Below are positions 47,106 to 55,144 of a stretch of DNA of 64,000 nt, in pieces (position 1 is the stretch's first letter; every line of letters begins with the position of its first letter). Under the pieces are notes generated by a model. That model ran no database searches, was not told the DNA's origin, and saw only the letters and a list, made by a program, of their open reading frames with translations. Source of the DNA: an uncultured Methanosarcinales archaeon (GTDB lineage: Archaea > Nanobdellota > Nanobdellia > Woesearchaeales > UBA583); contig CAYSDY010000002.1 of the NCBI GenBank assembly GCA_964429995.1, positions 6,019-70,018 on the forward strand, given 5' to 3'. A program made the position numbers and the translations under genes.

Positions 47106-47381
47106 TCACTTCGTTCTTTGGATAGTACGCCCTTGAAAAAAACTCTTCGGGATTTTTTGTTTAGCAAAATTTAATAAAATAACATTATTATCGTCGTTAA
47201 AATCAATAATTTCTGGCGTAAAACTAGTGCCGTTTAGTGCTAATAGGGTGTCCCTTTCACACAAGTAAAAATTAAATCTGGAATTTCTATGAATTGTTTT
47301 TTTAACAAATAATTCAGAGCTAATCCTATATAATTCTACTAGATTCCTTTTTCCACCAGTTAGTTCTGTTAAATATTGCAT
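47106..47381 (-). pseudogene. fragmentary ORFs (47106-47381 and out-of-frame continuations up to ~47740 on the minus strand), probably a degraded gene
   Basis: Adjacent minus-strand reading frames (...DYNVENIKKRIVGPTHSKESF...; ...KKNCGSDSFKRVILESDFDNILKIGKIITERLNSIK...*; MQYLTELTGGKRNLVELYR...) are broken by stops and frame changes. Confidence 0.3.
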
Positions 47382-48436
47382 TTTTGTTTAATACTTTCTA
47401 TAGATGCTTTAATATCTTCATTGTTAAGTACGGAGATTTTATAGAGTTTAGCCTTTCAGTTATGATTTTGCCAATTTTTAAGATGTTATCAAAATCAGAT
47501 TCCAAAATGACTCTTTTGAATGAGTCGGACCCACAATTCTTTTTTTGATGTTTTCTACATTATAGTCTAAGATTACAAAAAGAGACACTTTGCTTAAATC
47601 AAGATACTCTGGCAATAAATGATTACTTTTAATTACAATACTAGTTCTTTCATCATATGTTCTTTTGATTGCAGAGTTTACTGATTTACAAACTAATCTT
47701 GTCTGTTCCTTAAAAAAAGTTTCAAGATTATCGGAATTTTCAGGTTATGATTATGATATTCAAGCTGGAAGATCTTTAATTAAAAATTCTAAAATAGTTA
47801 TTCCCGAATCTTATAAATATAAAACGAATTTGGAGATGTTATTTGGCATTTCTATGAACACGCACCTTTTGATAGGGGTCATTCGGTTAGAATTTATTTG
47901 TTGTTGATATTTGATATCAATCAATTTACTAAAGCAAAAAAGTTTAATTCTAAATCAAAGGGAGTTATACAAGGATTAAATAATTATTTATACAAGTTTA
48001 AAGATTCAGATAATAAACCGAGTGTATTAGTTGGAATTGTTAAAATTCTAAGATAAAACTTTTGTCCTTTGATTCTTTGTCTTTGAGAGTCGCAAGGCTC
48101 CAACGAAGGACTTCCCGATTTTAAAAACTCTCTTCACTTCGTTCCGAGCCACGCCTTGCAGGCTTTTCTCCTTTCAGTAGTCTGAACGCATAACACCGAT
48201 TAAAACAGAAATTTTTGTAGAATTTTTCCAAATTTTCTCCATTCCATTCCGAAAACTTGTTTTAATCGTGAATGTTAAAATCATAGAATGACTGCTCTTT
48301 TCACTGTTCGTTTTAAAAAAATAGCCTTATTTGAACATTCACTTCTTAACATATACAGGATGAACGGAGCTATATTTTAATAATATTTATAAATCCTTAA
48401 TTTACATCTTATTTTATCCATGTTGGGTATTTAAAA

Positions 48437-50914
48437 ATGAATAAGAATCCATTTTTGTTTTATATTTTGGCTTTGTTGTTGTGTGTGTCTTTTTCTTATG
48501 GACATACATATTCAAATTTTGATAAAAGCATAACAGTTCAAGGTCCTGAAAAGATAAATGTACTTGACAGGTATCAGGTAAAAATAAGCATAAATAATCC
48601 TGATGTAATAAAATATGCAAATCTTTTAGAAATAGAATGTAATGGGATGATTATTTTAGATAATGAAATATCAGACAGTTTGTTATTGTCAAAAGGATTT
48701 GTAAGTCCTCTTAAATATTATCAGTATAATGGTGAAAAAGAGATAGTGCTTGATGTTGCAAGTCATTTTCATCCAATTCCAAGTCCTAATGAAAACGTTA
48801 TGCCATGCCCTATAAGGTTTAAACTTGTAATTGATGAAAAAAATGAAAAATTAAAACAGGATTTAAAAGATAATTTTAAAACAGATTATTTGACAAGATA
48901 TATATCAGAAGTTTATTTTAATCCTAATACAACTTCAATAGATTTTAATATAACAATTCCTGAAACAGAAATCAGAAAGGATAAGGTAACTACATCAATT
49001 AGTGCTGATCCGAAAAACTATAATAGTGCAATAAGATTTTATGCACATTTTGATGAATATGGAAATAACATGAATTTTACTGATGGATCCGCAGTAGGTA
49101 CCGGTTTTGGGAATGATAAGAATGATTTTTTTGACTTTAAAAATCCTGATTATGAGAAGTTTTTTGTGCTTGATAATAATAACTATCATTATGAAATTAG
49201 AAAGATTAAAGATGCTTTAAAATTGCCTGATGATGTTGTTAGATCACAAAAAGGGACAAGTGGATATTATAGAATTCATCAAATAGTTTCTGAAAGTTCT
49301 TGGGAGAATAAAGAAAAAGGAATAAAAGAAACAATAATTACAACTTTTTTTAATGCAAGGATAAATTATTATGGTTCAAGAAGCATGCTTATAGGTTTTC
49401 ATAATACACACAGAGTTGATAAAGCTAAAGTTGATTCTGAAATGAAAAGAATTGAAAATGATATAATGAACTACATAAAATCATTAGAAATGCAATCAGA
49501 AAAATTAGTGTATCCTGTATATTCAAAACCCCAAAACATTAAGCATGAAAAAGAAGAAATAAAAGATGTTGAAGATAGGGATTTTAAAATAAAAATTAAA
49601 AATAATGAAAAGACTATCTGGAATACTGGTAGAAAAAATACTTTAAAAGATAGTGAGAATACAAATTTTGAAATACTTGTAAATCTTGAAATAAATGCAA
49701 AAGATGAAGATGGCAAAAAAATAAAAAATCCATCAAAGGAACAATTATATAATAATGTTTATGTTAGTGCAAGACTTTTAGAAAATAATTCTCAACTTGG
49801 ATTAAGTTCAAAACTTTCAAATGAATGGATGAAAAAAGCAAGTTCTGATTTAGAAACCATTGAGGTTTTTGGAAAAGGTCCTTTATTTTATGATGGTCCT
49901 TTTAAACCAGTTGAATATATTGAAGTTTATCTTTCTGATGAAAAAGGAAATGCTTTAACTGAAAAAGTGATGTTTAAAGTAAAACTTAAAGATGGTACTC
50001 CTAAAATAACATTAAAAAAAGAGATAGTAGAGGTACAGGATGGAGATAAGAGAGGGATTGAATTTAAAGTTAGTGATGCTGATAGTAAAGAATTAAAATG
50101 CAGAATAACAGTTCCAACATCTTTTGCCTATAAATCAGGAATTCCTACATCATATATTGAATATGATGGAAAACAAACAACTTTTGCTGAATTTGATTGT
50201 AAGGATAGTGAGACTATAAAATTTATGTATTATGCTCCTAAAAAGATAGGAAATTTTGATCTTAATGGTGAACTTTCTGCTCTTTCAATGTGGAAACTAC
50301 AGGAAGGGACTGCTGTTAATCTAGTTGCAGATCTTGTAGGTATAGGAGTTGAAAAAAGACTTAAGTTTTTAAGAGATGGAGCCGAACTTAATCAAAGATT
50401 TGTAAATATTGATCCAAAAGATATAGATAGTCTTAAAAGGGCTCAGACTTTTGGTTCTGCACATGATTTTCTTGATAAAGGGAATAAACTTTCAACTCAT
50501 ACACAAAATGTTATAAAAGTTACTCAGACAGGTAAAAATATTGATAATACACAAAAACTTTTTAATCAATCTGTAGGTTCAGGCAAACAGGGATGGGTTG
50601 AATGGGGAGCTGATTGGGGAGTTTTTGGAATAGATGTTGCACAAACAGCTGTTGGTGTTGTTATGATGGCACCATCCAAAATTCCTGTTGTAGGAACTCT
50701 TGCAGGCAAAGTTACTGGAAAATTAACTTTAGCATTTAATCTTATGACAAATGTTTGGAAAGGAAATTTAGAATATCTTTCAAAAGTTGAAAAAATAGAT
50801 AGGGCACAATTATTCTATTTGCCATATCCTGTTATAATTGAAGTGGAAGATAAAGATGGATTTAAGGTTGCAGAAATACAAAACATAATGATTGCCTACA
50901 ATTGGCTTGAGTAA
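48437..50914 (+). CDS. large secreted protein (825 aa), hypothetical
   Basis: Sec signal MNKNPFLFYILALLLCVSFSYG. The C-terminal ~100 aa are hydrophobic and G/V-rich. Confidence 0.6.
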   Translation: MNKNPFLFYILALLLCVSFSYGHTYSNFDKSITVQGPEKINVLDRYQVKISINNPDVIKYANLLEIECNGMIILDNEISDSLLLSKGFVSPLKYYQYNGEKEIVLDVASHFHPIPSPNENVMPCPIRFKLVIDEKNEKLKQDLKDNFKTDYLTRYISEVYFNPNTTSIDFNITIPETEIRKDKVTTSISADPKNYNSAIRFYAHFDEYGNNMNFTDGSAVGTGFGNDKNDFFDFKNPDYEKFFVLDNNNYHYEIRKIKDALKLPDDVVRSQKGTSGYYRIHQIVSESSWENKEKGIKETIITTFFNARINYYGSRSMLIGFHNTHRVDKAKVDSEMKRIENDIMNYIKSLEMQSEKLVYPVYSKPQNIKHEKEEIKDVEDRDFKIKIKNNEKTIWNTGRKNTLKDSENTNFEILVNLEINAKDEDGKKIKNPSKEQLYNNVYVSARLLENNSQLGLSSKLSNEWMKKASSDLETIEVFGKGPLFYDGPFKPVEYIEVYLSDEKGNALTEKVMFKVKLKDGTPKITLKKEIVEVQDGDKRGIEFKVSDADSKELKCRITVPTSFAYKSGIPTSYIEYDGKQTTFAEFDCKDSETIKFMYYAPKKIGNFDLNGELSALSMWKLQEGTAVNLVADLVGIGVEKRLKFLRDGAELNQRFVNIDPKDIDSLKRAQTFGSAHDFLDKGNKLSTHTQNVIKVTQTGKNIDNTQKLFNQSVGSGKQGWVEWGADWGVFGIDVAQTAVGVVMMAPSKIPVVGTLAGKVTGKLTLAFNLMTNVWKGNLEYLSKVEKIDRAQLFYLPYPVIIEVEDKDGFKVAEIQNIMIAYNWLE

Positions 50915-50925
50915 TTAGATAAAAA

Positions 50926-51696
50926 ATGGTAAGAAAAATAAAAAAAAATCAAAAAAGTTTCATTTTATTTACAATTACAATATTAATGTTGCCTTTTGTA
51001 TTTTATGAAAGTTTTGCTTGTGATGATTTATATAGTTTGATTGATAAATACTACTCAGTATCAAAACAAGAAAATTATGATGAATACATACAATTGATGG
51101 ATACAGAGTATATATATAAAAATATTGCTGATAGCGAAAGTTATGAAAATTATGTTAAATCAGCCTTTGAGGTTTATGATACAAAAGATTATGATATAAA
51201 ATATCATAAATGTGTGAAAATTTTAGATGATTCAGAAGCTCTTGTTTTTTTTAACATGAAATCAAGTATTAATTCTGATGGAAAAACATATAATTTACAA
51301 AGAGATTATGTTGCATCATTAAGAGATTCAAACGGTTTTAAAATTCAGTTTGTAATGGATCTTGAAACATTTTCATTCCATCAAAACATGATGTATTCTT
51401 TAATGTACATAAATCAGACAAAAGACATTCTAGAAAAGGATATTAAGCACATTGAAGAATATGAAAAATATAATGAAAACATACAATTGATAGAAGAAAA
51501 ACAAGATTCTTCATATACATTTTTATGGTTGATATTAATTTTGATATTGGTCTTATCTTTACTTGTGATTAAAAAATACAGAAAAAGGATTCTTAAAAAA
51601 ATTAGGAATGGTACAAAAAAAGATGAAAACAATCAAATAGAAAAGCCTAATAACAAATCAGTACCATTAAAAAATAAAAAAGGAAAAACAATGTGA
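50926..51696 (+). CDS. type-I membrane protein (256 aa) with an N-terminal signal and a C-terminal TM anchor followed by a basic tail
   Basis: N-terminus FILFTITILMLPFVFYESFA. TM helix FLWLILILILVLSLLVIKKYRKR. Confidence 0.5.
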   Translation: MVRKIKKNQKSFILFTITILMLPFVFYESFACDDLYSLIDKYYSVSKQENYDEYIQLMDTEYIYKNIADSESYENYVKSAFEVYDTKDYDIKYHKCVKILDDSEALVFFNMKSSINSDGKTYNLQRDYVASLRDSNGFKIQFVMDLETFSFHQNMMYSLMYINQTKDILEKDIKHIEEYEKYNENIQLIEEKQDSSYTFLWLILILILVLSLLVIKKYRKRILKKIRNGTKKDENNQIEKPNNKSVPLKNKKGKTM

Positions 51697-52394
51697 TAAT
51701 GTTTTTATTCCTTTTTTGTAGTAACATTTATAAAATAATAAATTGTAGTATCTCTACAATGACAAAAAACAAAATGTTATCTAATGTGGTTGCTACTGGA
51801 TTATCTGGTTTGCTTTTTTTAGGATCTGCTGATAAGGCTATGGGAGCCAATTACTTTTTTGGTGAGCTTTCAAAAGGTGATAGGAGTGAAAATATGATTG
51901 CTATTGAAAAATCAGGGGAAATTTATGGTCTTGTTTCACAAAATTTGTCAGAATATATGGATGCTGTAACACTTGCACCAGGTTTATCATTAAAAGAAGT
52001 TAGTAAAAATGATGTTTTAAGTTTTTTTAACAAAAGAGATAATCTTGAATCAGAACTAAGATCATTAGGTTATGATTCAGATTTGCCAGATGAAGGAGTT
52101 ATTTCTGTTAAAGATGGTTGCATTGTTTTAGCATATGATAAAGCTGGATATGAGCCAGTTGCATCTTTTTTTGGAGCTAAATTAAGTCTTGTTGAGAAAG
52201 ATTCAGAAAAAATGTCTCCTAAAAGATATTTTTTTATTGATTCAGATAAAGATACACTTAAAAGTTTTGTTGAAACATATAAAAAAGAAAATAAAACAAG
52301 TGAATCAACAATTGACAAATTTAAACAAACACAAGGAAATTTTAATGCTAATCTTTATTTAAGTCATCTTATTGCAATAGGCTTAAGATATTAA
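51693..52394 (+). CDS. secreted hypothetical protein. The likelier start is the Met at 51759 (MTKNKMLSNVVATGLSGLLFLGSADKAMG).
   Basis: An ORF with a signal peptide after the internal Met. Confidence 0.45.
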   Translation: MIMFLFLFCSNIYKIINCSISTMTKNKMLSNVVATGLSGLLFLGSADKAMGANYFFGELSKGDRSENMIAIEKSGEIYGLVSQNLSEYMDAVTLAPGLSLKEVSKNDVLSFFNKRDNLESELRSLGYDSDLPDEGVISVKDGCIVLAYDKAGYEPVASFFGAKLSLVEKDSEKMSPKRYFFIDSDKDTLKSFVETYKKENKTSESTIDKFKQTQGNFNANLYLSHLIAIGLRY

Positions 52395-52464
52395 TTTAAT
52401 TTTTTATTATTTGAATGATATTATTTTTAGTAATATTTATGAACAGAGAAGTTGTTACTGGTGT

Positions 52465-52992
52465 ATGGTACAAAATATGTATAGTAAAACAGTAAAGGGT
52501 ATTGTTACAGCAGGAGCATTTGCTCTTGGAGTGTTATATGGTGGCAATTTAGCAGAGGCTAGAGAAGTTTATTTAAAGGCATCTAGTGAAGTTGATAAAT
52601 TATCTTTAGAATATGTTGTAAAGGCAAATAAAGGGAAAACAATAGTTGGTGCTTTAAATACTCCTTTACCAGAGGGTAGTTTAGAGAAGGGTTTAGTGAT
52701 AGTAAAAGCTAAACCAGGAGAAGTAGAAAGTTTTAGTAAGAAACTTGAAGGTTTATTGAGTAAAAGTGAAGCTATAGGAGTTCATACAGATATGATGAAT
52801 GCTTATAGTGGAGGTAATCCTGATGAATTAATTTATGTTTTAGGTGGAACAAGTAATGCTGATAAGAAACCAACTACAAAGTTATATGTTACATTTGAAG
52901 AAGAGAAAACAACCTTAAAAGAGAAAGGAGGCGGTGAAGGAGGCTCTGGCGGTTCTGGAGGCTCTGGCGGAGGCAATGGAGGGAGTTATTAA
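52465..52992 (+). CDS. small secreted protein A1 (176 aa) with a (GGS)n-rich C-terminal tail. It is the tandem paralog of 54535-55062.
   Basis: MVQNMYSKTVKGIVTAGAFALGVLYGG... ends ...KEKGGGEGGSGGSGGSGGGNGGSY. It is ~97% nucleotide-identical to copy A2. The six-frame ORF starts earlier at 52411, but homology with A2 begins at MVQNMY. Confidence 0.55.
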   Translation: MVQNMYSKTVKGIVTAGAFALGVLYGGNLAEAREVYLKASSEVDKLSLEYVVKANKGKTIVGALNTPLPEGSLEKGLVIVKAKPGEVESFSKKLEGLLSKSEAIGVHTDMMNAYSGGNPDELIYVLGGTSNADKKPTTKLYVTFEEEKTTLKEKGGGEGGSGGSGGSGGGNGGSY

Positions 52993-53053
52993 ATTTTTTT
53001 ATTATTGTTGAGTTAATGTTAATTTAAATAAATACCTTTTTTGTTAAGTTTTT

Positions 53054-54391
53054 ATGAAAATTATTATAAAACTTTTTTTTTATTTTTATTTATTTTTTTT
53101 TTGTGTAGATATTGTTCGATCTTACACTTATAGTATTGGAGGTTCTTCTTTTGATGGGATAGGAGTTAGTGCTAATATTGCTTTTAACAGTAATGGAGGA
53201 GATTTTACTGTTGTATCCAATAATTTATTTTTTTATGGTATTACGAATGCATGTGTTATTCCAACTTGTGGATCTTCTGTGGATTCTTGTTTTATTTTTG
53301 TATTAAATTCAAATTATAGAGATATATTTTGGTATTCTGATATTAGAGAAGATTATATAGGGAACTCTAGAAAATATAAATTTCCTAATGAACTAAAAAA
53401 CGAAAACAAATGTTTACTTACATATCAAAACAAAATGTTAAGTTCTAATTTGGAGCCTTTTTCTATATACATAAACTCTCCTCGTCCAGACACTTATAAA
53501 GGCATCACCTACCCACCAGGCAGATACACATTTTCAAACATTGGAAGTGTCATTCCAAATTGGGAGAGCTATTATCTTGCAAACTACTATTACATGAAAG
53601 CAAACTTAAAATTTGAATTGTTAAATGATGCTGTTGTTGTTTCATCTCAAACAAAACAGATAGTTGCAAAAGATACTCCAATTAGTATTGAGAGTGACTT
53701 AACAAATTTTATCAATAGCAAAAAAACAGACATAGAAAACCTATTAAAATCAGGAGTTAATCCAGATAAGATAAAAATGAGAATAGTAGGAACTCCTACA
53801 GATGCAAAATGTCCAGCAGTTGGGATTTTAGAGCAATTTATTGACATTAAAACTGAGGTTGACAAGCTTGTTAAAACACAGGATTGTACTATAAGTTATC
53901 AAAGTGGAGCAATTATTTCTAATGCAGATGAGGCACTTTACAGCCCATCAGAAATGGATGTTTTGGTTGTAGGAACCTTATTAAAGCATCATGATAATGG
54001 TGAAGAAGAAATTATTAAACATTTTTATCCATCATCAAGCCTTGTTAATACTTATGAGGATTACAATTACATAATTGCTAAAAAAGTTGCTGTTCCTGTT
54101 GATTTAGAAATGCAAATAAGACATGAGTTAGATAGAATGAAGGATGAAAACATAGATTATGGAATTTTTTCAGCAGTAATAATAGGAGAACCTATTGATG
54201 ATGAATGTGTAAAAGGAAAAACAGGTTTTGAGCATGAAATAATCAGCAATTACATAATTCCAAAACCAGAAGAAAAACCAACTTATGATGATTATGAACC
54301 TTATACAAATCCTATAAACAAGCAAAGATATATTGTTGATGGTGCGTGTGATTCTAAAATTACATTTAATAAGGAACAACAAAGGATTTAA
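53054..54391 (+). CDS. secreted protein B1 (445 aa), truncated paralog of the 1043-aa protein B2
   Basis: Signal MKIIIKLFFYFYLFFFCVDIVRS. Residues ~150-443 are nearly identical to B2 (53501-54385 vs 55559-56443, with 100% stretches of at least 219 nt). It stops at ...NKEQQRI where B2 continues. Confidence 0.6.
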   Translation: MKIIIKLFFYFYLFFFCVDIVRSYTYSIGGSSFDGIGVSANIAFNSNGGDFTVVSNNLFFYGITNACVIPTCGSSVDSCFIFVLNSNYRDIFWYSDIREDYIGNSRKYKFPNELKNENKCLLTYQNKMLSSNLEPFSIYINSPRPDTYKGITYPPGRYTFSNIGSVIPNWESYYLANYYYMKANLKFELLNDAVVVSSQTKQIVAKDTPISIESDLTNFINSKKTDIENLLKSGVNPDKIKMRIVGTPTDAKCPAVGILEQFIDIKTEVDKLVKTQDCTISYQSGAIISNADEALYSPSEMDVLVVGTLLKHHDNGEEEIIKHFYPSSSLVNTYEDYNYIIAKKVAVPVDLEMQIRHELDRMKDENIDYGIFSAVIIGEPIDDECVKGKTGFEHEIISNYIIPKPEEKPTYDDYEPYTNPINKQRYIVDGACDSKITFNKEQQRI

Positions 54392-54534
54392 TGGTGTATT
54401 TGTCAATAAGTAAATAATATCTAATTTTTTTTAAAGTGTTTTATAATGAATTTGGTACTATTGTTGTTTATTTAATATTCCTAATTTTTCCGATTTTTAG
54501 TAATATTTATAAATAAAGAAGTTGTTACTGGTGT

Positions 54535-55062
54535 ATGGTACAAAATATGTATAGTAAAACAGTAAAGGGTATTGTTACAGCAGGAGCATTTGCTCTTGGA
54601 GTGTTATATGGTGGCAATTTAGCAGAGGCTAGAGAAGTTTATTTAAAGGCATCTAGTGAAGTTGATAAATTATCTTTAGAATATGTTGTAAAGGCAAATA
54701 AAGGGAAAACAATAGTTGGTGCTTTAAATACTCCTTTGCCAGAGGGTAGTTTAGAGAAAGGTTTAGTGATAGTAAAAGCTAAGCCAGGAGAAGTAGAAAG
54801 TTTTAGTAAGAAACTTGAAGGTTTATTGGGTAAAAGTGAAGCTATAGGAGTTCATACAGATATGATGAATGCTTACAGTGGAGGTAATCCAGATGAAGTA
54901 ATTTATGTTTTAGGTGGAAAAAGTAATGCTGATGAAAAACCAACTACAAAGTTATATGTTACATTTGAAGAAGAAAAAACAACCCTAAAAGAGAAAGGAG
55001 GCGGTGAAGGAGGCTCTGGCGGTTCTGGTGGTTCTGGCGGAGGAGATGGAGGCCATTTGTAA
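54535..55062 (+). CDS. small secreted protein A2 (175 aa) with a GGS-rich tail
   Basis: See A1. The offset between copies is 2070 bp. Confidence 0.55.
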   Translation: MVQNMYSKTVKGIVTAGAFALGVLYGGNLAEAREVYLKASSEVDKLSLEYVVKANKGKTIVGALNTPLPEGSLEKGLVIVKAKPGEVESFSKKLEGLLGKSEAIGVHTDMMNAYSGGNPDEVIYVLGGKSNADEKPTTKLYVTFEEEKTTLKEKGGGEGGSGGSGGSGGGDGGHL

Positions 55063-55144
55063 TATTTAGTTGGTAAAAAATTTTTATTTTTACTACCTTA
55101 AAATTAAAAACAATATAAATAAAATTGTTTTTTAATATTATTTT

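Larger units (their letters stand above)
43987..48378. mobile_element. putative integrated element or its remnant (~4.4 kb), GC-richer than its surroundings, bounded by the 11-bp direct repeat AGCTATATTTT with inverted TGAACGGA/TCCGTTCA flanks
   Basis: The left site is AGCTATATTTTgacgtTCCGTTCA (43987-44010). The right site is TGAACGGAGCTATATTTT (48361-48378). The interior holds an inactivated tyrosine integrase, iteron-like repeats, genes with strong bacterial-type SD sequences and degraded ORFs. tRNA-Leu lies 3 kb upstream. Confidence 0.4.

Noticed and set aside
40895-48378. tRNA-Leu 3' end as the attachment site of the whole 41-48.4 kb region.
   Set aside because: I found no convincing direct repeat of the tRNA 3' segment (…CCTTTCCTTACA) at 43.9 or 48.4 kb. 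Only a weak 7-nt similarity appears near 48400. The smaller 43987-48378 boundaries are better supported.
53647-53865. Identical 72-aa minus-strand ORFs at 53647-53865 and 55705-55923.
   Set aside because: Their identity simply reflects the 100%-identical duplicated DNA. They are antisense to the large secreted paralogs and low-complexity, so they are not real genes.
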